Shown: piece after piece, positions 49,116 to 59,950 of the stretch
Layout: every line of letters starts with the position of its first letter
Numbering within the stretch: the stretch's first letter is position 1
Virus record (IMG/VR): IMGVR_UViG_3300017989_005036
Span: 11,421-75,420 of that record
Source: a virus
DNA length: 64,000 nucleotides
Reading direction: 5' to 3' (one strand)
Position numbers and translations under genes: made by a program
Notes under the pieces: model-generated
The model's input: only the letters and a program-made list of their open reading frames with translations
Databases searched by the model: none
Told to the model about the DNA's origin: nothing

Positions 49116-51005
49116 GAAAATGGATATTTGGTAGAATAGAATTCATAGAAGCCCGTGGATGAAAGTCTGTGGGCTTTTGTTTTTAAATCACTAAATAAGT
49201 GTGATGAAAATGAACAACAATGTTTTAAGACAACATGTCAGAGAAATGAAAAGTATGGCAAGTATTTTAATGCCACATACATTTCCTTTAGTTGATTTTG
49301 AGGAAGAGCACGATACTCTCTTTTTGAAACAGCGTACAATTACTGTAGATGGTTATGAATTAGAAGTAATTCTTAGCAAAGCTGACTACAAAAAACATCA
49401 TATGATTACGCTGAATATTAAGTCTGCTCAATCTCCATTTCTTCCATTTAATCTTGTCTGTAAAGTAGCCCAAGCGTTTCTTGGAAAACGCCATCTGGCA
49501 TATGCGGAATTTTTGAAAGACAACAAAAAAATCTATTGTTGGACGTTAAAAACCACTTCTCAAGGAAGGGTTGTTCCAACAAGTAAAGACTTAGAAACAA
49601 GCAGTTACGAGGGTTTTGAATACAATGTCTTAAATCAAAAAAGTGTTGGGTAATGTCTTGCTTATTCATTGTAAATACGTTTGGTTATCTTTCACAAAAG
49701 GGGAAGCGAACAATGAACGACGTAAAGCTCAGAAAGCTTCAATATTTGCTTATCAACCATCTGCTGGACCACGGTACAGTAGAGCTTCTATTGCCAGACG
49801 GAATGACCGTTGAAATTGGCATTGTGCAAGAAACAGATGGAGGAAATGTAAAATCTGACGATTATTGCTATGTGGTGGCATCAAAAGACTGCAAAGCCGC
49901 TCTTATCGACTCTTATAATTTGGGGTTGAAATTTGAGAAAGAAGATGACACTATTCTCTACGAAGATGAAATCTTAGATGATGACGGAAGAGTCATCAGT
50001 CGATTTGATGTAGTCTAAGATTTAGGCAGAAAAAACGTTCCAAAGCTCTCCTCAAGGGAAAGTTCACCATTTAATGTCATAGAAAAAGTGTGTGTTCCTA
50101 TGACCACACCTTCTTCTTTTGGCACTGTGAATTCTGCCCAAACAGAGAATTTGTTGCCTTCGGGACGAAATCTGGTAATCATTATCTTGGTGTTTCTTGG
50201 AGCGATTTCCTCTTGTGTGATACAGGGGAATTCGTTAGAACGTGCGTGTTCAAGGACAATTCTCATTAATTGGGTTGTATCTAATACACTGGCCCAATTG
50301 GCTAAGAGAAGTTCTTCAAATTTTTCGTTAATCAGTATTCTTTTCATAGGATGCACTAATGAGTAAGACTGTTATAAAAGAGTTTCTTAATCGAAGCTCT
50401 GATGATGAAATTCGATTTTTGGGCATGAGATTGGTAGAACGTCTGCAAGACGACCTTGCCGAGGTATTCAACTACGTCAGCAAAGGCAATAGTCGAAATA
50501 TAGGTTTGGACGATCTTTTTAAGTCCACCACAACAGCAAACGAACTGTATCAATACTGTGATGATCTTCAGCAGGAGATTGAAAAAGAGGCGAGCAAAAG
50601 AAATGTCTCTTTGAGTCGTGGCAAGCCTTCCTGATCCTACTATTACATGTTGTGGGCAATAACGCCCGGAACAGAGAGGATCACATGAATGCACAGGAAG
50701 TGTGCGATAAGTACACAAACGGACTTTTCGGCCAAAAATATTTGGGCGGAATCACAGAATTTGTTACTGAGTTCGAAAATAAGGTCATAGAACCTATTCA
50801 AGCACCGAACTACAAGGACAAAAATGCGGAAACCTACAAAGATAAAGTAGAGAATTTCCGCAACTTTGTTCTGGATGCTGTTAATCTTTCTTGGATTCGC
50901 AATAATGGCCCTTTGGAATGGGATTCTGTTCCTGAAGTCAAAGAGGCTATCGAAAAATACTTAGAAAAATAACAGATAAGGTGCTTCTGTTGTTAGGAGA
51001 GTTTA

Positions 51006-53042
51006 ATGCCAGAAGTCATTAAAGTAAGTGACACTGAAGACCTTGTGCCTACAAAAAAGTACAAGTATGCCACTTGGCCTTTTGAAAATTTCAATCCAGT
51101 TCAAAGTACTGTTTTTCAGCACTTCAAAGGAAATAGCAATATTGCTATTGCGGCTGCCACTTCAGCCGGGAAAACCGTTTGTTCTGAAATTTACATGGCT
51201 TATGAAGTTCGGAAGCGAAAAGGTAAGGCAATCTATGTTGGCCCTCTTAAAGCATTAGCAAAAGAGAAAGAAGAAGATTGGAAAAGTGATGAACATCATT
51301 TCAACGATCTGAATGTTTCTATTTGCACAGGTGATTACAAGTTAACACAAAAGCGAGTCCAAGAATTGGACGACGCTGATGTGATTGTGATGACGCCTGA
51401 AATGCTGGCAAGCCGTTGTCGAAACCATGAATCTGAGAAAAGTCATTTTCTTCAGAATGTGGGAACAATTGTCTTTGATGAAAGCCATCTGTTAACTGTT
51501 CCCAATCGTGGAGATCACATTGAAGTCGCTTTGATGCAGATGGTTGACATTAACCCAAATGTCAGAATTGTTTTGCTTTCAGCGACGATGCCCAATGTAG
51601 ATGAAATTTGCGGTTGGCTATGTGAGTTGACAGGACGAGATACATATTATCTTGAGTCTGATTACAGGCCATGTCCTTTGAATATCCATTACCAAATTTA
51701 CTATGATGCTGAAAATTCCTATGATAAAGTTGAAGCTCAAAAAGTAGGAACCGCATTGGGGATCATTGAATATTATCCTGATGATAAGTTCTTGGTTTTT
51801 GTACACACCAAACGAACCGGCAAAATGATGCTGGAACATTTGAAGCGGCATAAAATTGAAGCTGAGTTTCATAATGCTAATCTGGGTTTGGCAGATCGCA
51901 TGAAACTCGAAAACAAGTTCAAGAATGACCCAAATTTCAAAGTGATTGTTTCCACATCAACTTTGGCATGGGGTCTTAACTTACCAGCAAGACGTGTAAT
52001 TGTCACAGGCGTCCACAGAGGACTTACAGAGGTTGAAAACTACGATATTCGACAAATGGTAGGACGAGCAGGAAGACCTGCTTACGACCCTCGTGGGGAT
52101 GCTTATGTTTTGATTCCTGAGAGGACAGCAAAAGAAACTTTACAGAAGCTGAAAAGAGAGCCAAAGATTGAATCACAACTTCTGAGTTTTGTGGGCACTG
52201 TAGATAAACCTCATTACAAAGTTTTGGCTTTCCATTTGGTCGCTGAAATTTATCAAGGAAACATTACCACAAAGAAAGGTCTTCAGGAATGGTTCAGTAA
52301 TAGTTTGGCTCACTATCAGGACCATGATTTTGATGATGGTTTAATTGATACAGTGATGGATCAATTGACAAAATGCTACGCTGTTAAAGTTGAGAATGGG
52401 GAATATTCTGCTACAAACATTGGCAAAGTAGCTTCCATTTTTTACTTCAGTCCTTTTGATGTATCTGATCTTAGAAGGAATTTCAAACGACTGTTTGAAG
52501 AGGGAACAGAAGGAGATGACCACTCTGTTGCAATGGCTCTTGCTAACATCGACACATGGCGATGGGGAATTACCAGTCGTGATGAAAGAAATCAAATGGG
52601 TGTATTTGCAGCTATGATTAAACGAAGGTTTGGAGAATATGCATTCACTGACTCTGTGATTAAAACAGGGTATGCATACCATAATATGTTGCATGGAAAA
52701 TACAACGTGCCTGCATTTGCGGGTCTTCAGGGGACACTGCGTGTTGATTGTGACAGAACGATTCAGGTTTTGAAGGCTTTGGATAGTTTTAGTGGTCGTT
52801 GGGGCAAACAGGATTATCTTAAGTTGTTGCAGAAACGATTGAATTATGGTGTTTCGAATAACTTGCTGGATTTGTGTTCAATTCCAAATATTGGAAAGGC
52901 ACGAGCTGAACGTTTGTATCGAGCTGGCATTAAAAACAAGAGTGATTTTGTGACAGCCGATATTGGCAAATTGGCAACTACAATGAAAGTGAGTGTGGCA
53001 AAAGCCAAACAATATCTCAAAGAAGCTCAGGGGGATGGTTGA
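51006..53042 (+). CDS. Ski2/Hel308-like SF2 helicase
   Basis: FNPVQ, TSAGKT, PLKALA, MTPE, DESH, LSAT.PN, STSTLAWGLNLPA, QMVGRAGRP, C-term HhH IPNIGKARAERLYRAG. Confidence 0.9.
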   Translation: MPEVIKVSDTEDLVPTKKYKYATWPFENFNPVQSTVFQHFKGNSNIAIAAATSAGKTVCSEIYMAYEVRKRKGKAIYVGPLKALAKEKEEDWKSDEHHFNDLNVSICTGDYKLTQKRVQELDDADVIVMTPEMLASRCRNHESEKSHFLQNVGTIVFDESHLLTVPNRGDHIEVALMQMVDINPNVRIVLLSATMPNVDEICGWLCELTGRDTYYLESDYRPCPLNIHYQIYYDAENSYDKVEAQKVGTALGIIEYYPDDKFLVFVHTKRTGKMMLEHLKRHKIEAEFHNANLGLADRMKLENKFKNDPNFKVIVSTSTLAWGLNLPARRVIVTGVHRGLTEVENYDIRQMVGRAGRPAYDPRGDAYVLIPERTAKETLQKLKREPKIESQLLSFVGTVDKPHYKVLAFHLVAEIYQGNITTKKGLQEWFSNSLAHYQDHDFDDGLIDTVMDQLTKCYAVKVENGEYSATNIGKVASIFYFSPFDVSDLRRNFKRLFEEGTEGDDHSVAMALANIDTWRWGITSRDERNQMGVFAAMIKRRFGEYAFTDSVIKTGYAYHNMLHGKYNVPAFAGLQGTLRVDCDRTIQVLKALDSFSGRWGKQDYLKLLQKRLNYGVSNNLLDLCSIPNIGKARAERLYRAGIKNKSDFVTADIGKLATTMKVSVAKAKQYLKEAQGDG

Positions 53043-53245
53043 CATTTGAAGTCAGGCATGTAGACACAGGTCATGGTATAGCTCGATTTAATACGGCTCA
53101 GGAAGCAATAAACTTTATGGGTCGTTATGACAGAGATGGACAGGTGCCGCTTGAGATTTTCAATGTATATGAAAATCGACCATTAGTGTTTATGGTTGGA
53201 GAGCACAAAAACCCCAAGAGAATAAATTGGAAAGAGGGTTTTTAA
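53039..53245 (+). CDS. small protein ending INWKEGF
   Basis: ORF coupled to helicase stop. Confidence 0.6.
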   Translation: MTFEVRHVDTGHGIARFNTAQEAINFMGRYDRDGQVPLEIFNVYENRPLVFMVGEHKNPKRINWKEGF

Positions 53246-53957
53246 TTTTCGATATTTAACTCATCAGGCATTTCAATTTTGACAATGCCATCACCGCTGG
53301 TCTTAGCTCCTGTTTCGTCTTCTACCCACATTTTAATCTCTTTGATTTCATTGAAGCTTTCCATTGCTTTGGTGGTTGGATCAAAATACTCCTGTTCAAA
53401 AAAACAATCATCTTCAGGATCAACTGGAAGATTTAACTTCTGTCCTTCATGGATGATGATCACTGAACAGTGATTTTGTGATGGGTCATAAAGCTTGCAA
53501 TTACCGCAAATTCTCTTAATGTTTTTCATATTGCCTCTCTGTTACTAATCTACTATATTGTATGATAAATCTAAGAAAAATGGGAGACTAAGATGGGCGT
53601 CAGGCTTTTTGGGTCTTCATGTTCTTGTGACCCCGGATCAAATACAGTTCCACAGAAGCAATCTTTGCCTAATCCCAATCCGAAAAATTGGGAATTTTTA
53701 GATCATTGCCAGAAAGGTAATTATCTTGCTCTCAGACTGAGATACCCAGACTGTACAAATTTTGAAGGTGAAAAGATTTTGGTCTTTGAGGCAAAGTTGA
53801 AAGAGGTGATTTCTTTTAAGGAAATTGATCCTCATTTTTGTGAAAAAGGCCATTTGTCACCGGTAGCTAGATTTCAACCAACAGAAGAAGGCTGGCGTGA
53901 TGCATGTTCTTATTGCAATAGAAAAAACAAAAACAAACCGTTATTTGGAGTAAAGAA

Positions 53958-54266
53958 ATGATTGAACTCAATGAAAGTGCTGATTTTCAGGAGGCTGTTT
54001 TGGAATCCCCCGGATTGGTACTGGTGGACTTTTTCACTACATGGTGTGGTCCGTGTCGTATGCTGGCTCCAGTTTTGGAACAGCTCAATAATGTCAAGAT
54101 CGTTAAGGTTGATGGTGATCAGCATCAGAATATAGTTGTTGATCAAGGAGTAGCAGCTTATCCAACTATGATTTTCTATAGAGATGGTCAGGTGGTTGGG
54201 AGAGAGGTAGGAGTTCAATCTCTTGATTATCTTCAAGATAAAGTGGATGAGTTGAACGGAGGCTGA
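53958..54266 (+). CDS. trxA: thioredoxin
   Basis: LVDFFTTWCGPC. Confidence 0.93.
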   Translation: MIELNESADFQEAVLESPGLVLVDFFTTWCGPCRMLAPVLEQLNNVKIVKVDGDQHQNIVVDQGVAAYPTMIFYRDGQVVGREVGVQSLDYLQDKVDELNGG

Positions 54267-54267
54267 A

Positions 54268-54366
54268 ATGCCCATTTATGAATATCGTTGTGAAGCTTGT
54301 GATAAGGTCTTTAAAATATGTACCATCCATATGCTGACGGAAAATATAGTGTTGCTCCCGGTTTGA
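54268..54366 (+). pseudogene. truncated FmdB-family zinc-ribbon gene
   Basis: MPIYEYRCEACDKVF then runs out of frame into next gene. Confidence 0.55.
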
Positions 54367-55127
54367 GCCCTTTGGGAAAAGATTTTGGTCATGGAGAAAT
54401 GGACCAAAAGTATTTTCAAATTGATGAAACATATCCGTTTTACAGAGAGATGAAGTTTGGCAGAGTCGGTGGCCCTGTTTGTTTTGCCACATATGATCTT
54501 GATTGGCAAACTAGCGATCATATACGGGATTGGATTCACAATAAAGTTCATGAAGAATACCCAGATTTCAAGGAGCTTCCTGAGACTTTAGATGGCACAT
54601 GTATGAACCTTCCTGAAGATGTCGCTATTTTGAAGTATGATGACGATCACGATTGGCTTGCTTATGGTTGCATATTTTTTCCTAGTGGCTGGTGTGTAGG
54701 TGAAAAAATTGGAAAGAGTTACCGAGAGGTTCATGAAGGAATTCCCGGAATGAAACTGGATCGAGCAGAGGGCTTTGTTAAAAATATTATGTCCAAAGGT
54801 CCATTTGTGCGTTTTGTTTGGTCACCTATGTTTGAAAACACATTGAACTCCCATCCGTCTATTGAGAAAAAGCCATTTGATCCTGATAACCCTCAATTGT
54901 TCATGAAGGTGGAAAGACAGGTTACTCAGCCTTTTCCAGAGAAAAAGGCGATGTTGTTTCTGATCCGTTCGTATGTGCTTATGCCTGAAGAGATTCAGAT
55001 AAAACCTCTTATTTCCGCTCTTGAATCTATGACAAAAGAGCAGCGACGATACAAAGGAATTGACGAATGTTATGATCCTTTGTTAGAATATCTTTCCTCA
55101 TTGGAGGAAAAGGATGGGTCATCTTAG
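54318..55127 (+). CDS. DUF3445 / heme-dependent oxidative N-demethylase alpha-like
   Basis: EDVAIL, FPSGW...KIG.....H..IPG, RFVWS, VERQ, LFLIRSY. Confidence 0.7.
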   Translation: MYHPYADGKYSVAPGLSPLGKDFGHGEMDQKYFQIDETYPFYREMKFGRVGGPVCFATYDLDWQTSDHIRDWIHNKVHEEYPDFKELPETLDGTCMNLPEDVAILKYDDDHDWLAYGCIFFPSGWCVGEKIGKSYREVHEGIPGMKLDRAEGFVKNIMSKGPFVRFVWSPMFENTLNSHPSIEKKPFDPDNPQLFMKVERQVTQPFPEKKAMLFLIRSYVLMPEEIQIKPLISALESMTKEQRRYKGIDECYDPLLEYLSSLEEKDGSS

Positions 55128-55557
55128 AAATATAAACATGAGTTACACCAATCACATGTTTCGTGCATTGGGTCATGTTTATCATTTAACCATAGCAGTT
55201 GTTGCTTTGATGATTCATGCAATCATTCCCTCTGTTTTTGAAAATGTAGCATCTAACAAAGTAAGTCAAATTCATTGGTCTATGCGATATGCCAGACCCG
55301 GATCACATCGGATTTTGATAAGACGAAACGCTCAAGTAAATCAGCCAAATTGGGCTGTTTATGTGATAGGCGTGAAAGAGGTTATGGTGGATCATGTTTC
55401 TATTGATGTTCCATGTGAAACATGTTTTCTTCCAAGTCAAAGTGGCGAATTACAATATCATATATTGTGTATGGGCGATGTAATGTTTGAAGGTAATGAA
55501 ATAGCGGTGATAACATGAGTGATAAAGTTTATAATTGGTTAGTGGGTTTGCTTATTG

Positions 55558-56223
55558 TTATTCAATTGATTTTCGGAATATGGGCATTTTTTGGATAACC
55601 TCTTCGTAATTTTCTACCACTTCCTTTATTGGCCTTGTTTCTATTTTCTTTGTTGCGGGCGAAAGTTTCAACTTTCTGACTTTCAGAAATTCCTGTATCA
55701 GATACATTTGTTCATCGAAACTTTCACAAAGATCTTCGTAGTGAATTGTTATTTTAGGGTTTTTCAGATGTGCACTTATTGCGTTAAAGTAATCTAGTTC
55801 TTCAAACCATTTGACCATTTTCTTAGTGTTGATTTTAATGGCTTGTGTAGGTGTGTAGTTTTGGTTGTTTCTTAAGTGAAAAACATACGTCTTTTTTGAT
55901 AACTGGTAAGACACATATTGTTTGAATTGATCTCTTCTAAGAAGTCGAATGATCTTTACGTTGGTTGATTCAATTGCATTCCAGAATCCATCGTGTTGTG
56001 GCGTTTGATGGTGATGAATCACAAATCCGCCTTTTTTTATACCCCATTTGATCATTTCTAATGTATTGGGGAATTTTTTGTGAAGATTCAAGTGGTCTTC
56101 GTTGAAGGGTTCTCCAATGTTCCATAGGTTAGGGTGGGTCTGAAGTGTTCTTCTAAGAAGATTTGTGCCACATCTATAGTGCGAAAGAATAACTACGGGT
56201 TTGATAAAGGGCATTTTTAGCAT
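55558..56223 (-). CDS. Stf0-like sulfotransferase
   Basis: RCGTNLL...L..HP, GEPF, L.RRD...QYVS, YEDL. Confidence 0.8.
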   Translation of the reverse strand: MLKMPFIKPVVILSHYRCGTNLLRRTLQTHPNLWNIGEPFNEDHLNLHKKFPNTLEMIKWGIKKGGFVIHHHQTPQHDGFWNAIESTNVKIIRLLRRDQFKQYVSYQLSKKTYVFHLRNNQNYTPTQAIKINTKKMVKWFEELDYFNAISAHLKNPKITIHYEDLCESFDEQMYLIQEFLKVRKLKLSPATKKIETRPIKEVVENYEEVIQKMPIFRKSIE

Positions 56224-56247
56224 GTTTTATTTATGATGAATATTACC

Positions 56248-56278
56248 ATTGCAGACTCTTTGGTTTTTATTTAGAATC
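56248..56278 (+). promoter_or_regulatory. sigma70-type promoter
   Basis: TTGCAG-N17-TAGAAT upstream of dNMP kinase. Confidence 0.5.
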
Positions 56279-56303
56279 TAATAAACAGCTAAGGAGAGCT
56301 TTT

Positions 56304-56957
56304 ATGTTAGTGATTGGAGTGGGAGGCCAAGCCCAGCATGGTAAAGACAGTCTTGCGGACTATCTCTATGAAAAAATCAACCTTTACAAAGGGGTTTCTT
56401 GGCAAAGAGTAGCTTTTGCTTACGGCGTAAAGAATATTTTCAGTGATGCTTTTGGTGTAAGTCGTGAGTTTATTGAAGAGTGGAAAGCAAATCCAGAAAC
56501 TCCACCCGGATTTGACATGAATGTTCGCAAAGGTCTCCAGTTTATTGGAGATGGATTCAGGACTATTCGGTCAAGCGTCTGGGTTGACCAGCCTTTTAAA
56601 ACTTCTGATCCTAAAATCATTAGTGATGTTCGTTATCCAAATGAATGGCAAAGAGTGTATGAAGAAGGTGGTCTCAATATTCTTGTAGGGAGAAAACAGA
56701 AGTTAAACAATGATCCTAATGGATCAGAGGCTTTGATTAGACCATATGTTGAATGGGCTTTGAGTTTTGATGACGATGAAGAAGTGAATCTGCAACTTCA
56801 ATCTTCAAGAGAACTGAATCAAAAAATCAAAGGTGCACCTGATGATATGAATCTTTTTCATTTATTCGTCAGCAACAACAAGGGTTTGGAAGAATTTTAC
56901 TCTAAGATCGATAGAGTGGTTATTCCATTTGTAAACAATTTTAAATTCGGAGAGTAA
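56304..56957 (+). CDS. deoxynucleoside monophosphate kinase (T4 gp1-like)
   Basis: GQAQHGKDS, AFA..VK, R..LQ.IG, ISDVRYPNE. Confidence 0.85.
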   Translation: MLVIGVGGQAQHGKDSLADYLYEKINLYKGVSWQRVAFAYGVKNIFSDAFGVSREFIEEWKANPETPPGFDMNVRKGLQFIGDGFRTIRSSVWVDQPFKTSDPKIISDVRYPNEWQRVYEEGGLNILVGRKQKLNNDPNGSEALIRPYVEWALSFDDDEEVNLQLQSSRELNQKIKGAPDDMNLFHLFVSNNKGLEEFYSKIDRVVIPFVNNFKFGE

Positions 56958-56960
56958 TAG

Positions 56961-57548
56961 ATGCCTTACATCAAACAATCAGATCGTGAAAAGTACACCA
57001 AACAAATTACAGAAGCTGTTGAACAAATCATTCTTGGTCCTGAGCCTGACCATATCAAAGGAGAATTGTTTGGTTATTGGGCTAATCGTCTTGTAAAGAA
57101 ATATGTTCAAGACCCAAGAGCAGAAGATCAGACTTTCAATTCCAGTGGGTTCAACAAAGATAAGGTCACCAAGGTAAGCGCAAATGCTGATCGATTGGCT
57201 GTTTTAATTGGTGCGAGTTCACCAACAGAAACAGCAGGTGATTTGAATTTTTGTTTGAGTGCAGTTTACTGGGGGATTCTTGGTGACGATCCAAGAGTAA
57301 AGGATGCTCGTTATGGAATGCGAGCTTACCTTAAAGGGATTCTTCATAAAATCATGGAGAGTGTAACAAGTCGATCAACAGGGAGTCAAAGTGATGCAGC
57401 CATGTCTTTTCGTAGACATCTTGTTGCGAAAGGGGTTCTGTCTGATGTAATGGATGAAGCTTATGCTAGAAAAACCAGAATTTACGAAGACGGAAAAATC
57501 AGAGAGAATGGCGATCTTTGGAATTCTTGGAACGAAGGCTCACCTTAG
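56961..57548 (+). CDS. conserved phage hypothetical protein
   Basis: MPYIKQ...GDLNF...YED.KI.ENGD pattern. Confidence 0.55.
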   Translation: MPYIKQSDREKYTKQITEAVEQIILGPEPDHIKGELFGYWANRLVKKYVQDPRAEDQTFNSSGFNKDKVTKVSANADRLAVLIGASSPTETAGDLNFCLSAVYWGILGDDPRVKDARYGMRAYLKGILHKIMESVTSRSTGSQSDAAMSFRRHLVAKGVLSDVMDEAYARKTRIYEDGKIRENGDLWNSWNEGSP

Positions 57549-57928
57549 TGGTTGTCTTTTCCTAAAATATCCATAGTGTTAATTGCTTTTACACCGTGAT
57601 CTTTTACTGATTGAAGTTGTTCTTCATTGTCATCAACGTGCAGTTCGGCCCCTATTTTTTCTAAATAGGGGCCTTTTAGTTCCATGTTTGTACAAATGAT
57701 ATCTTCAACAGGGAGTTCCCAAGATTCCACAAAGTGTTCTACTTCACTTTTTTGATAATTGTCTCTGGCTGTTACTATAACAATCTTGTAGCCTTGATTG
57801 GAATAATCAATAAGAGCTTCAATGCATTCCCATATTGGCTCCATTTCAACGGCTAATGTTTCATCGAAGTCAAAAGAAGCAATTTTGCTTTTTTCGGTGC
57901 TGTCTATAAAGTTTTTGAAATCAATCAT
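57545..57928 (-). CDS. HAD-superfamily hydrolase
   Basis: FDFDETL, VTAR, K, HVDD. Confidence 0.8.
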   Translation of the reverse strand: MIDFKNFIDSTEKSKIASFDFDETLAVEMEPIWECIEALIDYSNQGYKIVIVTARDNYQKSEVEHFVESWELPVEDIICTNMELKGPYLEKIGAELHVDDNEEQLQSVKDHGVKAINTMDILGKDNH

Positions 57929-57939
57929 TTGGAGGCCCT

Positions 57940-58332
57940 TTGAGAAGCGAAAATCACATTAAACCACAAGATATGAAATTCGTTCCTAAATCATGGGGTT
58001 GGGAATTATGGATCGTGAATAATGAAATGTATTGTGGTAAAATCCTGTTTATCAAACAGGGAAAATATTGTAGTTACCATTATCACGAAATTAAAGACGA
58101 AGTGTTGTATATCCAACAAGGAAAAATAAATTTCACCTATGAAGAAGATGGAGTTGATTTTGAACATGGTGAATTAGGTGTTGGTGAAGCTTTTCATGTT
58201 ATTCCCGGTGTAAAACATCAAATGGAAGCATTAGAAGACACGTACATTATAGAATTTTCTACTCAACATTTCGACGAAGACAGCAAACGTGTTACACGAG
58301 ATTTACAAGTTAAAGACAAAGGTGTATTTTAA
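57940..58332 (+). CDS. cupin (mannose-6-P isomerase-like)
   Basis: K.WGWE.WI, YCGK, SYHYH..KDE, H. Confidence 0.8.
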   Translation: MRSENHIKPQDMKFVPKSWGWELWIVNNEMYCGKILFIKQGKYCSYHYHEIKDEVLYIQQGKINFTYEEDGVDFEHGELGVGEAFHVIPGVKHQMEALEDTYIIEFSTQHFDEDSKRVTRDLQVKDKGVF

Positions 58333-58341
58333 GGAGCATTT

Positions 58342-59280
58342 GTGAAAAACTTTCATCTTGATTTAGTTAGAGTTACTGAAGCTGCCGCTATTGCAGCAGC
58401 AGAATGGGTTGGACGAGGAGAAAAAGAGAAAGCTGACGAAGCTGCTACCAAAGCGATGCAGGACCGTCTGAATAGAATTGATTTCAGGTCTGTGATTGCT
58501 ATTGGTGAAGGCAAGAAAGACAAATCTTTTGGGTTGTATGAAGGTGAAGTTTACGGATTGAATGTTGTTGAAGAGGAAAAGACTTACAGTATCGCTGTAG
58601 ATCCAATTGAAGGAACAACGCCAACAGCAAAAGGTGGATATGAGGCAATGTCTGTTTTAGCTTTAGCTGGAAAAGATTGTTTTTACAAAACCGAAGTTCA
58701 TTATATGAAGAAGATTGCTGTTGGGCCAAAAGTTGCAAGTAAAGTCAATGTAACTTTGAAGAATCCTATTGCAGCAAATGTGGAATTGGTAGCAAATGCT
58801 TTGGACAAATCAATTAAGCATGTCGATGTTTGTGTGCTTGACAGACCACGGCATGGTCTCTTGGTTTCTGAGCTAAGGAAACTTGGTTGTCGAATTAAAT
58901 TCATTTCTGATTGTGATGTATCTGCCTGCATTGCTGCTTGTGAGCCAGACTCCGGGATCGATATGTATGTTGGAATTGGTGGATCACCTGAAGCTGTGAT
59001 TACAGCAGCAGCTATGAAATGTATGGGTGGTTATCTTGAGTGTCAGCTTTGGGATAAAGCAGGTGAAGCTGGTTATCATCCTACACCAGATGAAAAAGAA
59101 CATCTCCTTTCCATTGATGATTTGGCTAAAGGAGATGTTATGTTTGTTGCAACAGGTATCACTGATGGAAAATTACTCAAAGGTGTTAGGTTTAAGTCCA
59201 GAGGTCCGGTAACTCAGTCAATTGCAATGCGTTCACCGAGTCAAACGGTTCGACGTATTGAAACTCGTCACGGAAATTGA
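58342..59280 (+). CDS. glpX: class II fructose-1,6-bisphosphatase
   Basis: VRVTEAAA, IGEG, AVDPIEGT, YMKK, LDRPRH, DCDV, GIGGSPE, ATGITDG.LLKGV. Confidence 0.93.
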   Translation: MKNFHLDLVRVTEAAAIAAAEWVGRGEKEKADEAATKAMQDRLNRIDFRSVIAIGEGKKDKSFGLYEGEVYGLNVVEEEKTYSIAVDPIEGTTPTAKGGYEAMSVLALAGKDCFYKTEVHYMKKIAVGPKVASKVNVTLKNPIAANVELVANALDKSIKHVDVCVLDRPRHGLLVSELRKLGCRIKFISDCDVSACIAACEPDSGIDMYVGIGGSPEAVITAAAMKCMGGYLECQLWDKAGEAGYHPTPDEKEHLLSIDDLAKGDVMFVATGITDGKLLKGVRFKSRGPVTQSIAMRSPSQTVRRIETRHGN

Positions 59281-59281
59281 A

Positions 59282-59950
59282 TCAATAACCATCTTTGCTT
59301 TGAAAGCTAGGTGCAGGGAGTTGATGAAACATCATTTCTTGTTCTTGGCTTATGCTGCCACCGCCGTTCATTCCCTTGTTTTTACCTTTGCCCTCACGTC
59401 CACCCTTGCTTTTGCCTTGGCCCTTGCCTTGCCCTTTTCCTTTTCCTTGTGGTCCTTGAATTCCTTCTTTTTTAATTTCTCCAAAGAAGGGTCTTCCTGA
59501 AGCAATTTGTTTTTTGATAGCCGCAGCTTGTTGATGAGTTTTTCGAGAATAAGGTATTTTGTGAATTCGAGGTTCGTCGCTTGACTCTTTAGTGTGAAGT
59601 CTGACAATAATTGATTTTTTTGTTTTTTGGGGCTCCATATATTTTACCCAAATGTAAATTGCTCCCGGTTCATATGTTTTCTTATTTGGCTCTTTGACAT
59701 CTACCCATAGAATTTGAACCTTTTTACCAACAACAGATTCAGCACTGGGCCATCCAAGTAAACTGTTTAAAGAACTCCAAGCACAGATTGCAAAGTAAAT
59801 TGTCAAACCGGTTATAAAAGCCTTTATGGCCCAGTTGCCTTTGGTGCCTATGAGAAACCATAGTAAAATTATAGACAATGATAGAGTTGCAATCGGAATG
59901 CCAAGTGTGTTAATGTCGGTAAATATTTTTACAGCTAAAATTTCATTCAT
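59282..59950 (-). CDS. membrane protein in MotA/TolQ-like cluster
   Basis: two TMs, LGWP, IYIWV, PR.H.IPY, Gly/Lys-rich linker. Confidence 0.6.
   Translation of the reverse strand: MNEILAVKIFTDINTLGIPIATLSLSIILLWFLIGTKGNWAIKAFITGLTIYFAICAWSSLNSLLGWPSAESVVGKKVQILWVDVKEPNKKTYEPGAIYIWVKYMEPQKTKKSIIVRLHTKESSDEPRIHKIPYSRKTHQQAAAIKKQIASGRPFFGEIKKEGIQGPQGKGKGQGKGQGKSKGGREGKGKNKGMNGGGSISQEQEMMFHQLPAPSFQSKDGY

Noticed and set aside
54310-54320. Programmed -1 frameshift fusing the FmdB stub to DUF3445
   Set aside because: TTTAAAA is not in the canonical X XXY YYZ phase for the upstream frame.
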